Assembly: GCA_018609125.1 (NCBI GenBank)
Contig: JABAYF010000023.1
Span: 209-64,208 of the forward strand
Direction of reading: 5' to 3'
From: Candidatus Nanopelagicales bacterium
Lineage (GTDB): Bacteria > Actinomycetota > Actinomycetes > S36-B12
DNA length: 64,000 bases
Part shown: piece after piece, positions 30,606 to 41,098 of the stretch
Position numbering within the stretch: the stretch's first letter is position 1
How the letters are laid out: the number at the start of each line of letters is the position of its first letter
Translations under genes and position numbers: made by a program
The notes under the pieces: model-generated
What the model saw: only the letters and a program-made list of their open reading frames with translations
The model's database searches: none
Told to the model about the DNA's origin: nothing

Positions 30606-31655
30606 GTGGACACCAGACTCGCTGACGTACTGCGTGACGCGGTGCCTTTTTCCCTGCCGCTATCAAAGCCGTTCCGGGGTATCACCCGGCGTGAAGGGGT
30701 ATTGCTGCGAGGGCCGTCAGGCTGGGGTGAATTTGCGCCGTTCGCTGACTACGATTCCCACCGGGCGGCACCGTGGTTGGCCTGCGCCGTCGAGGCGGCC
30801 TTTGGGGTCTGGCCACAGGTTCAGCGCTCATCGGTCACCGTCAACGCCATCATTCCGGCGGTGGGTGCAGACCAAGCCGCCAGCATGGCCAGAGCGGCGG
30901 TGCTAGATCAGGGCTGTCGAACGATCAAGATTAAAGTCGGTGCACCGGGTGAAACCTTGGCCGATGATGAGTCCCGGGTCGTGTCCGTGCGAGATGCAGC
31001 CGATCGGGCATTGCAGTCACTGGGCGAGGTCGGTTCCATTGAACTGCGGATCGACGCCAACGCTGCATGGGATCTTGCTACTGCCGAGCGCGCACTCAAT
31101 CGACTTGGCGCGTATCAGTTGCAGTACGTGGAGCAGCCCTGTCGCGCCGTGGCAGATCTGCGGGCGCTGCGAAGTCGAGTAGATGTGCCGATTGCCGTGG
31201 ATGAGTCGCTGCGCATAGATCAACTCAGCCCGCCGCAATTGAGAGAAGTCGCCGACGTGGTCATTGTGAAGGCCGGTCCACTCGGCGGTGCGTGGCGCGC
31301 CTTGGAAATTGTGAAGGATCTCGACCTACCCGTGGTGGTCTCCGGGGGATTGGACTCAGCCGTGGGTCTCACCAGCGGGGTGATGCTAGCTGCTGCACTG
31401 CCGGCCGTCGATGGGGTCGTTTTGGCTAGCGGCCTGGGCACCGGAGCCCTGCTCGATGCTGATGTAGTGCAACCGGTTCGGGTTCCCATCAACGGCATGC
31501 TCGATGTTGGACGGGTAAGCCCAGACTTAGATGCCCTCATGCAGGCACGCGATCGGCTTGATGACGATGCGGCGCGTCAGTGGCGACAGCGCATTGTCGA
31601 CGCATGGGTGGCCGGTGGCGAATCGCTGGTCGAGCAGTTGCCGGACCCAGCGTGA
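30606..31655 (+). CDS. menC: o-Succinylbenzoate synthase (enolase superfamily)
   Basis: KIKVG, ELRIDANAAWD, YVEQP and IAVDES metal-ligand blocks. It lies between menB and menD. Confidence 0.88.
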   Translation: MDTRLADVLRDAVPFSLPLSKPFRGITRREGVLLRGPSGWGEFAPFADYDSHRAAPWLACAVEAAFGVWPQVQRSSVTVNAIIPAVGADQAASMARAAVLDQGCRTIKIKVGAPGETLADDESRVVSVRDAADRALQSLGEVGSIELRIDANAAWDLATAERALNRLGAYQLQYVEQPCRAVADLRALRSRVDVPIAVDESLRIDQLSPPQLREVADVVIVKAGPLGGAWRALEIVKDLDLPVVVSGGLDSAVGLTSGVMLAAALPAVDGVVLASGLGTGALLDADVVQPVRVPINGMLDVGRVSPDLDALMQARDRLDDDAARQWRQRIVDAWVAGGESLVEQLPDPA

Positions 31656-31667
31656 GAGTGTTTACCC

Positions 31668-33383
31668 GTGTCTGAGTCGCGGTTGTCCTCCCAAAGCCGA
31701 GGTGTGTACATCGTGCGTGCCCTGATCGCTGGCGGGGTCACCGATGTGGTGCTGGCTCCCGGATCAAGATCGGCGCCTCTCGCCGTGGCGTTGAGTACTT
31801 CCGAACGCTTGGGACTGCTGCGACTGCACGTGCGCATGGACGAGCGTTCAGCCGGATATTTAGCCCTCGGCCTAGCCAAAGGGTCACGGCCAGCGCGCCC
31901 GGTGGCCGTGGTGACCACTTCAGGGACCGCAGCGGTCAATCTGCACCCGGCCGTGGTGGAGGCCTCCTACGGTGGCGTGCCCCTGATCGCCCTGACGGCC
32001 GATCGTCCGCCGCGTTTGCGCGGGGTGGGGGCGCATCAAACAATCAACCAGGTGGGCCTATTCGCGTCTGCGATTCGCGCTGAGTTCGACCTCACCGCGG
32101 CGACTTCGAATGCCGATGCCGATGCCGATGCTGTGCGCGCTGCTTTGGCGGTAGCCACTGATGTCGCGCATCCTGGCCCGGTGCATCTGAATATCGCACT
32201 TGATGAGCCCTTGGTTGACCCCGACTTTGATCTCGCCGCCGCCCTTGGGCAACCCATACCGAGATCTGCGTCGACATTGGCTCAGCCGCAAATGGGCGAA
32301 CAGTTGTGGGATGCAATTGCGCAGGGCGAAACCGGCCTCATCGTGGTCGGGGACGTGACAGGCATGGATTCTGCTGCGTCGGCAGCGGCGATCAACGAGT
32401 TCGCAGCCCGCACCGGCTGGCCTGTTCTTACTGAACCGTCAGCGCCCCAACTTCTCGTTGGGCTGCAACACGGTGCATTGTTGCTCGGCGATCAGAAGTT
32501 CATGGCTGATCATCACCCGGAAACGGTTGTGACGGTTGGTCGCGTCGGTCTCCACCGCAGTGTGATGTCCCTGCTGCGCAGCGTGCATCGGCACATCGTT
32601 GTAGATCCACGCCCAACCGGCTGGTACTGCGATCCCTTCGGCACCGCGAAATTCAAAGCGGACGCTCTACCCGCACGCTGGCCTGCAGAGCCGGCACCCA
32701 CCGTATGGCTGGACCAATGGATACGGGCCGATGCAGATATGTCCCGCCAGGTAGAGCAGGTCCTGAGCGGGCGGGCACCCTTTGCCGGTCCACTGGTGGC
32801 CCGCAAGGCAGTGGCTTCACTCAACGCGGAGGATCAATTCGTGATCGGACCGTCTTGGCCGATGCGGCACGTGGGTGAAGCCGGTGGACATATTCGAGCT
32901 CACTGCATCGCCAACAGGGGAACCTCAGGTATCGATGGCATCATCTCCACCACCTGGGGTGCTGCGTTACGACACGACGGATACACCCTGGCGCTGATCG
33001 GAGATCTCACGTCCGTCTATGACCGAAATGGCCTCCTAGGCGCGCCGGGCGAAGAACAACCCCACCTGACCTACCTGGTTGTAGATAATGACGGTGGCGG
33101 GATCTTTCATTCACTTGAGCAGGCGGCACCGCAGTTCGCCGCCGACTTTGAACGTGTGTTTGGCACTCCGCGCGGCTACGGCGTGGCGCAGTTACTTGCC
33201 ACACCGGGAGTTTCGGTGACCACGGTGCACGATACGGCTGAACTTCACACAACTCTGGTTCAGTGTCGGGCAGTCAACGGAGTGCACATCGTTGTTGCCC
33301 AATGTGAAGATCGCAGCGTAGAAGCTGATGTCGTGACCACGCTACGAAACCTGAGCGTTGTCTCGGATTTGAGCACTTCCTAG
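31668..33383 (+). CDS. menD: SEPHCHC synthase (2-succinyl-5-enolpyruvyl-6-hydroxy-3-cyclohexene-1-carboxylate synthase)
   Basis: ThDP enzyme, 571 aa, with PGSRSAPL N-terminal motif and GDLTSVYDRNGL ThDP-binding motif. Confidence 0.93.
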   Translation: MSESRLSSQSRGVYIVRALIAGGVTDVVLAPGSRSAPLAVALSTSERLGLLRLHVRMDERSAGYLALGLAKGSRPARPVAVVTTSGTAAVNLHPAVVEASYGGVPLIALTADRPPRLRGVGAHQTINQVGLFASAIRAEFDLTAATSNADADADAVRAALAVATDVAHPGPVHLNIALDEPLVDPDFDLAAALGQPIPRSASTLAQPQMGEQLWDAIAQGETGLIVVGDVTGMDSAASAAAINEFAARTGWPVLTEPSAPQLLVGLQHGALLLGDQKFMADHHPETVVTVGRVGLHRSVMSLLRSVHRHIVVDPRPTGWYCDPFGTAKFKADALPARWPAEPAPTVWLDQWIRADADMSRQVEQVLSGRAPFAGPLVARKAVASLNAEDQFVIGPSWPMRHVGEAGGHIRAHCIANRGTSGIDGIISTTWGAALRHDGYTLALIGDLTSVYDRNGLLGAPGEEQPHLTYLVVDNDGGGIFHSLEQAAPQFAADFERVFGTPRGYGVAQLLATPGVSVTTVHDTAELHTTLVQCRAVNGVHIVVAQCEDRSVEADVVTTLRNLSVVSDLSTS

Positions 33384-35042
33384 TTGCGCCACCAAGCGCA
33401 CAACCGTGGCTGGTAGTTCGGGGTCAGCATCGCGCCGCCAGTCAATCCCGGTATTTTCCAGTAGCGCCATCATTTTGACGTTCGTGGCTAAAACCAAGGC
33501 GACAAGATTTTCAAATTCCATCCGCTCGGCGAGTTCGATGAGGCGTTGCATCAGGCTTGCGCCCAAACCCCACCCTTGCCAGGAGTCTTCAACGATGAGG
33601 GCTAGCTCTGCTGATTCTGTTGAATCGGGCCTTTCTGGAAAAACATTGCCTAGGCCAACGATTTCGCCATCGAGGGTTTGAGCCACGAGGGTGGCACCCC
33701 GGTGCCCGCCGGCCAGGCGCCGCAACTGGTCTTCGCGCCACGCGGATACGGGTGCAAAGTAGCGTTGATAACGAGCATCATCTGAGCACCGCTCATGCAT
33801 GGCGGCAACAGCATCGGCATCGGCCGGTCGAGCTAGTCGAATATCGATGGGGATGCCGTCCTTGAGCGTTATGCGCCAACCAAATCCGCCTGTCCCCTCC
33901 GGCTTGTTGGCCAGTGCGTCCACGAGCCGAAGGAGTGCAGATGCCCGCTGCCGCTCAACGTCAACGAACGGCGCGGCTTTGCGTGTCAGAACAACGTGCA
34001 GGTCTGGCGTCCACTGCAGCCGCATGACCTCAGCGGAGGAGTCTGGCCCAGACGACGCGGGCAGCACCCGCCAAGAGTCAGCAAGGGCTAGAGCTGCGGC
34101 CGCAGCCGGTGCAGAATCGGGATTGGCCACCAAATCGGTAGCCCCGTCTAGCACCTGGGTAAAGAGGTCTTGGGCATCGTCGCCGGAGCCGCGCATCACA
34201 ATTGACCGACGTGACACCGATGCCAGTGCTGACTCGATTGCGGAACCGGTGATATTGGCTGGCACATCCAAGACCAGGTCGAGCAGTTGCTGGTCTTGGG
34301 CATGGGTGTGGCTGAGCATGCTGCGTACATCGGCGCGCATGAGTGCGAGTACGCGAAGCACTCGCGCAGTTGCTCCGGGTGAAGCCGAAGCCAAGACCCG
34401 GACTCGCCACGGAATCCGCGGACCATCGTAGGCGAGACCAGGCGGATCGACTGCGGCAAGCGATTCTAGGTGTCGAGAGACAAGGCTGAGCCACGCGGCC
34501 GCCTCTGTTGAGTGCGGCACAAGCGGTTCTAGGAGGGCAAGGCCGGCACCCACAGCAAGGAGGTGCAACGTGGCGGCATCATCGTCAATATCTGCGTCCA
34601 CGGCACCGGCACTGCGCAATTGACCAACGACTGCGGCGGCTGCTTCCCAGCGCAGCATTATTCGTTCGCGCACTGTTTCGGCGAGCGCATCGTCAAAAGG
34701 AGCCAGAACAACGGCCTGCAACTCGCGGACATCCCAAACCGATGCCGGTGCACCGAATGCATCACGAGCGACGGTCAAGATGGTGCTCATCGGGTTGTCG
34801 GCGGCATCGGCAGCCTGCTGTTGAATGCGCTGGGAGGTAGGCGGAAAAGGTAGGCCGCTGACTACCTCGCGCAGCAGGTCCACTCGGTGCGATCCAACAG
34901 ATGAAACGGACCGGATGGTGACTTCTGCTGCCTCGGCGACGCTACGTCGAGAGACGTTTGCGATGCCGCGGGTCTCAAGCAGCTCTGCGGCGGCAGCGAG
35001 GATGCGTTCACGACGCTGCTCAACATCCCTGCGATCGGCCAT
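33342..35042 (-). CDS. Multidomain protein: TetR-like HTH N-terminus, central ACT-like segment, C-terminal GNAT acetyltransferase
   Basis: 566 aa. N-terminus ERILAAAAELLETRGIANVSRRSVAEAAEV. Middle WRVRVLASASPGATARVLRVLALMRADV.. has a beta-alpha-beta-beta-alpha-beta-like pattern. C-terminus IVEDSWQGWGLGASLMQRLIELAE is a GNAT motif A. It lies 22 nt downstream of menF and overlaps the menD 3' end by 42 nt. Confidence 0.7.
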   Translation of the reverse strand: MADRRDVEQRRERILAAAAELLETRGIANVSRRSVAEAAEVTIRSVSSVGSHRVDLLREVVSGLPFPPTSQRIQQQAADAADNPMSTILTVARDAFGAPASVWDVRELQAVVLAPFDDALAETVRERIMLRWEAAAAVVGQLRSAGAVDADIDDDAATLHLLAVGAGLALLEPLVPHSTEAAAWLSLVSRHLESLAAVDPPGLAYDGPRIPWRVRVLASASPGATARVLRVLALMRADVRSMLSHTHAQDQQLLDLVLDVPANITGSAIESALASVSRRSIVMRGSGDDAQDLFTQVLDGATDLVANPDSAPAAAAALALADSWRVLPASSGPDSSAEVMRLQWTPDLHVVLTRKAAPFVDVERQRASALLRLVDALANKPEGTGGFGWRITLKDGIPIDIRLARPADADAVAAMHERCSDDARYQRYFAPVSAWREDQLRRLAGGHRGATLVAQTLDGEIVGLGNVFPERPDSTESAELALIVEDSWQGWGLGASLMQRLIELAERMEFENLVALVLATNVKMMALLENTGIDWRRDADPELPATVVRLVAQLGSAQIRDNAQVS

Positions 35043-35064
35043 CTACCCAATGTAGGCGGGTCGG

Positions 35065-36441
35065 TCAGTCCGGAGGCTGAAGGTCTCGATGTGGTGCCGA
35101 TGTGTCGCCCAGCCTGGGAAAGTCAACCGATTGCTGGATGGGCAAGAACTTGGCCTGTGATTCGGCTAGCTCGAGTTCTGGATCAGACCCGGCCACGATG
35201 CCGCAGCCGGCGAATAGCCGCAACGACCGACGGTCGGATGACAGTTGCGCACAGCGCAGGGCGATTCCGAATTCGCCATCACCGCGTGAGTCGAACCAGC
35301 CGACAGGTCCGGCATACCGTTGCCGATCCATACCCTCCAAATCGCTGATCAGGGCGAATGCCCGCTCGGTTGGGGTGCCGCAGACCGCAGCGGTGGGGTG
35401 CAGCGAGGCGGCGAGGGCAAGGACGGGAGCATTGTCAACCAGTTGTCCGGTGACATCGGTGGCGAGGTGTTGCACGTTGGGTAGGCGTAACACCCGGGGT
35501 CGTGCCGGTACATGAAGATCGGTGCAGTGGGTAGATAGAGACCGTGCGACCGAGCGCACCGCATATTCGTGTTCGGCGAGATCTTTCCCACTGCCGAGCA
35601 ACGCCGTGGCCAAACTCGCATCCCCAGACTCATCGCCGAGACGGTTAACGGTGCCGGCCAGCACCCGTGATGTCACTTCATCTCCGTTGCGGCGCACCAG
35701 GAGTTCCGGGGTGGCGCCGATGAGGCCGGCGACCTGGAATGTCCAACATTCGGGGTAGTCCTCACCAAGTCGTTGCAGTAGGTAGCGGGGGTCAATGGGT
35801 GCCGAGGAGGTGGCCACGACATCGCGGGCGAGAACGACCTTGTCCAGTTCGCCTTCATGGATCCGGTCGATAGCGCCGGAGACAGCTTTCTGCCAGTCCT
35901 CAGCTGATACCGAGCCTTCCTGCCAGGTGATGTCCACCGGCTTTAGCGGCAGGCTTACCGGAGTCAGGAGGTCCGTTTCGTCAGGTGTGGTTGCCGATGG
36001 CGCTGTTGAGGTTTCAATGACGGTGATCCACGCCCGCCCATCGCGACGGCCGAGGATCACGCGCGGGATCACTACCTGTGATAGCGCAGCATCACCGACG
36101 TCGGGGTCTTGGCTTGCGTTGGGATCAAAAGTGAAGGAGGCAAACGCAACCGGGCCTGTGCCTGCTTGTTTGATGGGGTCATCGATGTGTGCTGTGCGCA
36201 ACCACTCATGCCACCACCGCTGCGCCCGACTGAACCGTTCGTCTCCGGTGACCTGCAGGGAAGCAACCACACCCCAACCGATGAGACCTTCACCTCGTCG
36301 CACCCATGCGAGTGAGTCCACATCGGGCAGCCGGTTCAGTAGCGTCTGCGGATCGGTGATTTCCCAGGTGCGCACGGATGCACCCGCGAGCTGGACGCCA
36401 GCCGGTGGCAGATCAGCCGAGGAGCGCAAAGTAGTGGACAC
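35065..36441 (-). CDS. menF: Isochorismate synthase
   Basis: Chorismate-binding motifs [28 protein letters not shown] and [11 protein letters not shown]. Confidence 0.92.
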   Translation of the reverse strand: MSTTLRSSADLPPAGVQLAGASVRTWEITDPQTLLNRLPDVDSLAWVRRGEGLIGWGVVASLQVTGDERFSRAQRWWHEWLRTAHIDDPIKQAGTGPVAFASFTFDPNASQDPDVGDAALSQVVIPRVILGRRDGRAWITVIETSTAPSATTPDETDLLTPVSLPLKPVDITWQEGSVSAEDWQKAVSGAIDRIHEGELDKVVLARDVVATSSAPIDPRYLLQRLGEDYPECWTFQVAGLIGATPELLVRRNGDEVTSRVLAGTVNRLGDESGDASLATALLGSGKDLAEHEYAVRSVARSLSTHCTDLHVPARPRVLRLPNVQHLATDVTGQLVDNAPVLALAASLHPTAAVCGTPTERAFALISDLEGMDRQRYAGPVGWFDSRGDGEFGIALRCAQLSSDRRSLRLFAGCGIVAGSDPELELAESQAKFLPIQQSVDFPRLGDTSAPHRDLQPPD

Positions 36442-36488
36442 AAGTCAACAGGGTACGGCCAGCGCAGCGACTCAGCACCTGCAACCAT

Positions 36489-37190
36489 GTGTTCGTGCCA
36501 GCCGCCGATCTGACTCGCCAGCCCGATGAGGTAGCCCAGATGTTCGATGGGGTTGCCGGCCGTTACGACCTGACCAACGATGTCTTGGCCCTTGGCCAAA
36601 CACGGCTGTGGCGCCGTGCGGTGGTGAATGCCGTTGACCCTGCGCCCGGCGACATGGTGCTTGATCTTGCTGCGGGCACGGGCACGTCGAGTGCGCCCTT
36701 CCTGGCCCGTGGTACCTATGTCGTGCCGTGTGACTTCTCCATTGGCATGCTCACCGTGGGTCGTCGACGTGAGCCGGAGTTGCCCTTCGTGGCTGGGGAC
36801 GCCCTGCGCCTGCCCTTTGGCGATCACACTTTTGACGCGGTCACGATCTCTTTTGGGCTACGCAACACCGTGGATGCTGACCAGGCTTTGGCCGAGATGC
36901 TGCGAGTCGTGCGCCCCGGGGGGCGAGTGGTGGTGTGCGAATTCTCACATCCGGTCTTGCGACCCGTGCGCACCCTCTACACCGAGTACCTCATGCGGGC
37001 CCTCCCCGCCGTGGCACGCAGCCTGACCTCGAGCCCGGACGCATACGTGTACCTCGCGGAATCAATTCGGGCATGGCCAAGTCAAAACGAACTAGCCCAG
37101 CGCATGCTCCAGGTGGGCTGGCAGCGGGTGTCCTGGCTGGATTTGAGCGGGGGAATCGTGGCTGTTCATCGAGGCTTCCGGGCCGAGTAG
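36489..37190 (+). CDS. menG: Demethylmenaquinone methyltransferase
   Basis: UbiE/MenG family with [21 protein letters not shown] motif LDLAAGTGT and FGLRN. Confidence 0.92.
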   Translation: MFVPAADLTRQPDEVAQMFDGVAGRYDLTNDVLALGQTRLWRRAVVNAVDPAPGDMVLDLAAGTGTSSAPFLARGTYVVPCDFSIGMLTVGRRREPELPFVAGDALRLPFGDHTFDAVTISFGLRNTVDADQALAEMLRVVRPGGRVVVCEFSHPVLRPVRTLYTEYLMRALPAVARSLTSSPDAYVYLAESIRAWPSQNELAQRMLQVGWQRVSWLDLSGGIVAVHRGFRAE

Positions 37191-37358
37191 CTCGCGAACA
37201 CCTCGGTGGGGAGCACGAGTTCAGGGGGCACCCAACGTTCTGGCCAGGCGTGGCTAGACTTTGGCCGTTATGGCTGGGGGCTAGGAGCTGTCCGGCGTTG
37301 TTTGCCTCATATCTGTCTTATGTCCGCCCGTTGTCTGCGATGAAGGAGCCGTGGTTCG

Positions 37359-37718
37359 TTGAACGCATACGCCCCCATCTTCGTTCTGGCATTGCTGGCG
37401 GCTGGGTTCGCGGTTTTCAGCGTTACCCTCACCAGTTTCACCGGCCCCAAGCGTTACAACCGGGCCAAGGTCGACGCCTACGAGTGCGGCATTGAGCCCA
37501 CCCCGCAGCCGTTGGGTGGCGGTAGATTCCCGGTGAAGTACTACCTCACCGCCATGATGTTCATCATCTTCGATATTGAAATTGTTTTTCTCTACCCCTG
37601 GGCCGTGGCTTTTGACCAGCTGGGATTGTTTGCCTTCATCGCGATGATGCTGTTCTTGGTCAATCTTGCGGTGCCCTACGTCTATGAGTGGCGCCGCGGT
37701 GGCCTTGATTGGGACTAG
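37359..37718 (+). CDS. nuoA: NADH-quinone oxidoreductase subunit A
   Basis: 119 aa, 3 TM helices, YECGIEP and FDIEIVFLYPWA motifs. TTG start with GAAGGAG upstream. Confidence 0.93.
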   Translation: MNAYAPIFVLALLAAGFAVFSVTLTSFTGPKRYNRAKVDAYECGIEPTPQPLGGGRFPVKYYLTAMMFIIFDIEIVFLYPWAVAFDQLGLFAFIAMMLFLVNLAVPYVYEWRRGGLDWD

Positions 37719-37783
37719 CGGGGACACTGTGATGGTGATGAGCGGCAACAACGAGAACCTCAAAGACGAGAGGGCGTGACGTT

Positions 37784-38338
37784 ATGGGCCTGGAAGAGAA
37801 GTTACCGTCGGGAGTGTTGCTGACGACCGTTGAGCAGGTCGCCGGTTACGCGCGGAAGGGTTCGCTGTGGCCGGCCACGTTCGGCTTAGCATGCTGCGCC
37901 ATTGAAATGATGGCCGTGGGTGGACCCCGATACGACATTGCCCGTTTCGGCATGGAGGTGTTTCGCGCCTCCCCGCGGCAGGCCGACCTGATGATCGTTG
38001 CTGGGCGGGTGAGCCAGAAGATGGCCCCGGTGCTCCGCCAAATCTATGATCAGATGGCCAATCCCAAGTGGGTATTGGCGATGGGTGTGTGCGCCTCCAG
38101 CGGTGGGATGTTCAATAATTACGCGATCCTGCAAGGGGTTGATCACGTTGTGCCGGTGGACATTTACCTACCCGGCTGCCCACCACGACCTGAGATGCTC
38201 ATCGATGCGATTTTGAAACTGCACGATGAAATTCAGGCAACCAAGCTCGGTGTCAACGCCATCAAGGCCCAAGACATTCAGGAGAGCCTCGCACTCACCG
38301 CCCCGGCAACCCTAGAAATGCGGGGTCTGCTCCCGTGA
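37784..38338 (+). CDS. nuoB: NADH-quinone oxidoreductase subunit B
   Basis: N2 cluster ligands [20 protein letters not shown] and PGCPPRPE. Confidence 0.97.
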   Translation: MGLEEKLPSGVLLTTVEQVAGYARKGSLWPATFGLACCAIEMMAVGGPRYDIARFGMEVFRASPRQADLMIVAGRVSQKMAPVLRQIYDQMANPKWVLAMGVCASSGGMFNNYAILQGVDHVVPVDIYLPGCPPRPEMLIDAILKLHDEIQATKLGVNAIKAQDIQESLALTAPATLEMRGLLP

Positions 38339-39102
38339 GTGACACCACGCAGCAGCCCGAGGGCGACACGACTGCGGTAACCCCGCACGAGGCAGGCCTT
38401 GAGGTGGCTGCGGGTCGGGTCACTCCACCCACGCAACTACTCAGCGTCATTGACGTTCGCGAAGGTGCATTCGGCAACCGCGATGCAGGCGACACGTCAG
38501 GTTTTGGTGGGCTCATCCAGCCGGTTGTGATGCCCGGAGCCACGCCTCGACCCTACGGCGGCTGGTTTGACGAGGCAGTCGATGAATTGCAGTTGGCCCT
38601 CGCCGATGAACATGGCCTGCCCATGACCACGGCGGTAGAGTCAGTCGTGATTGATCGTGGGGAAATTACGTTTTATGTCCGACGCGAACACCTGCTCGTT
38701 TTCGTCTCGACCCTGCGCGATGAGCCTGCTCTGCGCTTTGAAATGTGCCTGGGGGTCAACGGCGCTCACTATCCGCATGAGGCCGGCCGCGAACTGCACG
38801 CCGTGTACAATTTTTTGTCGATCACGCATAACCGGAGGGTGCGGGTGGAGGTCACCTGCCCCGACGCCAACCCCCACATCCCCTCCATCGTTTCGGTCTA
38901 CCCGGCCAATGATTGGCACGAGCGAGAGACCTATGACTTCTTCGGGATTATCTTCGACGGCCATCCCGCCCTCACGCGCATTCTGATGCCCGATGATTGG
39001 CCCGGTCACCCGCAGCGCAAGGACTACCCGCTCGGGGGCATCCCGGTGGAGTACAAGGGCGCCACGATTCCTGCCCCGGATCTACGAAGGGAGTATTCCT
39101 GA
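38335..39102 (+). CDS. nuoC: NADH-quinone oxidoreductase subunit C
   Basis: [18 protein letters not shown] core. GTGA overlap with nuoB. Confidence 0.95.
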   Translation: MSDTTQQPEGDTTAVTPHEAGLEVAAGRVTPPTQLLSVIDVREGAFGNRDAGDTSGFGGLIQPVVMPGATPRPYGGWFDEAVDELQLALADEHGLPMTTAVESVVIDRGEITFYVRREHLLVFVSTLRDEPALRFEMCLGVNGAHYPHEAGRELHAVYNFLSITHNRRVRVEVTCPDANPHIPSIVSVYPANDWHERETYDFFGIIFDGHPALTRILMPDDWPGHPQRKDYPLGGIPVEYKGATIPAPDLRREYS

Positions 39103-40427
39103 TGAGCGCCGATGCTTTTGCCGGTCCCTTCGACACCCGAACAGGCACGATCTACAACGTGTCCGGCGGCGATTGGGACTCCGTCAGGCCTGCTGATGAT
39201 GGCCAAAAAGAGCAAATCGTGGTCAACATGGGGCCCCAGCATCCGTCGACCCACGGTGTACTGCGCCTGATCTTGCAACTAGAGGGCGAAAGCGTGGTGG
39301 AGGCTCGCTGCGGGATTGGCTACCTACACACCGGCATCGAAAAGAACCTGGAGTTTCGTAACTGGACCCAGGGCGTCACCTTCGTCACGCGCATGGATTA
39401 CCTGGCACCGTTCTTCAACGAAACCGCCTACTGCCTCGGTGTGGAAAAACTCCTGGGTATCACCGACGACATTCCCCAGCGCGCACAGGTCATTCGCGTC
39501 ATGATGATGGAACTGAATCGGGTTTCCTCACACCTGGTAGCTCTGGCAACCGGCGGCATGGAGCTGGGTGCCCTCACCGCGATGATCTTCGGTTTCCGCG
39601 AACGCGAACTGGTCCTCGATATTTTTGAGATGGTCACCGGCCTCCGAATGAACAGCGCGTACGTCCGACCGGGCGGCGTTGCCCAGGACATCACCGATGA
39701 GCAGGTGCGCAAAATCCGCGACACCCTGCCACTGCTGCGCTCACGAATGAATGACACCGTAAACCTGTTGGTGGGTAACTCTATTTGGATGGCGCGCACC
39801 TCCGGTGTGGGCTATTTAGATCTGGCTGGATGCATGGCGCTGGGCATCACCGGGCCGGTTCTACGCTCAACCGGACTGCCACACGACCTGCGCAAGTCCC
39901 AGCCCTACTCCGGCTATGAAACGTACGACTTTGATGTCGTCACCCAAGACACTGCAGATTGTTACGGCCGCTTCCTCATTCGCGTTGGTGAGATGACAGA
40001 GTCGTTGCGGATCGTGGAACAGTGTGTTGACCGCTTGGGCGAGCCCGGTCCGGTCATGATCGAAGATGCCAAGATCGGTTGGCCGGCCCGGTTGTCGATC
40101 GGTAGCGACGGTCAGGGCAACTCACCAGAGCACATTAAGCACATCATGACCCAATCTATGGAAGCCCTCATCCACCATTTCAAGCTCGTGACCGAGGGAT
40201 TTCGGGTGCCCGCCGGCCAGGTGTACTCCGCAGTGGAGTCCCCTCGCGGCGAACTCGGGGTTCACATGGTCAGCGATGGCGGTACCCGCCCCTACCGCGT
40301 GCACTATCGGGACCCATCCTTCACCAACCTGCAGGCCACCGCAGCGATGTGCGAGGGGTCAATGATCTCCGATGTCGTGGCAGCAGTCGCCAGTATCGAT
40401 CCGGTGATGGGCGGGGTGGATCGATGA
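39102..40427 (+). CDS. nuoD: NADH-quinone oxidoreductase subunit D
   Basis: [14 protein letters not shown] motif and C-terminal DPVMGGVDR. The ATG at 39102 overlaps the nuoC stop (TGATG). The ORF-track 38997 extension lies inside nuoC. Confidence 0.96.
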   Translation: MSADAFAGPFDTRTGTIYNVSGGDWDSVRPADDGQKEQIVVNMGPQHPSTHGVLRLILQLEGESVVEARCGIGYLHTGIEKNLEFRNWTQGVTFVTRMDYLAPFFNETAYCLGVEKLLGITDDIPQRAQVIRVMMMELNRVSSHLVALATGGMELGALTAMIFGFRERELVLDIFEMVTGLRMNSAYVRPGGVAQDITDEQVRKIRDTLPLLRSRMNDTVNLLVGNSIWMARTSGVGYLDLAGCMALGITGPVLRSTGLPHDLRKSQPYSGYETYDFDVVTQDTADCYGRFLIRVGEMTESLRIVEQCVDRLGEPGPVMIEDAKIGWPARLSIGSDGQGNSPEHIKHIMTQSMEALIHHFKLVTEGFRVPAGQVYSAVESPRGELGVHMVSDGGTRPYRVHYRDPSFTNLQATAAMCEGSMISDVVAAVASIDPVMGGVDR

Positions 40428-41098
40428 CCAACTTTGACCATCTAGCCGAGCAAATGGATCAGATCGTTGCCCGATATCCAAAGTCTCGCTCTGCGGTCAT
40501 GCCCCTGCTGCATCTCCTGCAAAGCGATCAGGGTGCGGTCACGATGGAAGGTATTAGCGTCATCGCTGACCGTCTAGAACTAACCACCGCTGAAGTCACT
40601 GCAGTGGCGTCCTTTTACACCATGTACAAGCGTCGCGACGTAGGCCGCCATCACATCGGTGTGTGCACGAATACCCTGTGTGCCGTGCTCGGCGGAGACG
40701 CGGTGTACGACGCAATCGCCCAGCGTCTCAGCGCCGGGCATAACGAGTCCACCGCTGATGGTCAATTTCATCTTGAGCGCATCGAATGCCAGGCAGCCTG
40801 CACCCATGCTCCGGTGATGACCGTGGACTGGGAATTCATGGATAACCAGACACCCTCGAGTGCTGTTGAAGTAATCGACGCACTCGCTCGCGGTGATCGT
40901 GTTGAGTCCACGCGTGGTCCGGTCATTCGCGACTTCGCCGCAACTGAACACACCATGGCCTTTCCTGACGACGGCTTGGCCGGAGAGGGAACACCGGTTG
41001 ATGCGATCATGCTTGCCGGTTTGACCGTGGCTGGAGAGCTCAACATGACGGCACCGAAACCATCGAGTAGTGCCCAGAGCAAGGAGGATCACTCATGA
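40424..41098 (+). CDS. nuoE: NADH-quinone oxidoreductase subunit E
   Basis: 2Fe-2S ligand pattern (CTNTLCAV.. and [11 protein letters not shown]). ATGA overlap with nuoD. Confidence 0.94.
   Translation: MTNFDHLAEQMDQIVARYPKSRSAVMPLLHLLQSDQGAVTMEGISVIADRLELTTAEVTAVASFYTMYKRRDVGRHHIGVCTNTLCAVLGGDAVYDAIAQRLSAGHNESTADGQFHLERIECQAACTHAPVMTVDWEFMDNQTPSSAVEVIDALARGDRVESTRGPVIRDFAATEHTMAFPDDGLAGEGTPVDAIMLAGLTVAGELNMTAPKPSSSAQSKEDHS

Noticed and set aside
32111-32131. In-frame tandem hexanucleotide TGCCGA x3.5 inside menD (NADADADAV). Similar GAGGCC repeats occur at about 27358-27390.
   Set aside because: These are short, in-frame and low in copy number. They are most simply a low-complexity surface loop rather than a contingency locus, and there is no evidence of phase-variable design.
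37191-37358. 168-nt leader upstream of nuoA, and the 144-nt leader upstream of bS22 (16643-16786), scanned for riboswitch-like or promoter structure.
   Set aside because: There are several TANNNT-like hexamers (for example TAGACT at about 37253) but no convincing -35/-10 spacing, no extended conserved-looking helices and no motif I can assign to a known RNA family. These are left unannotated.
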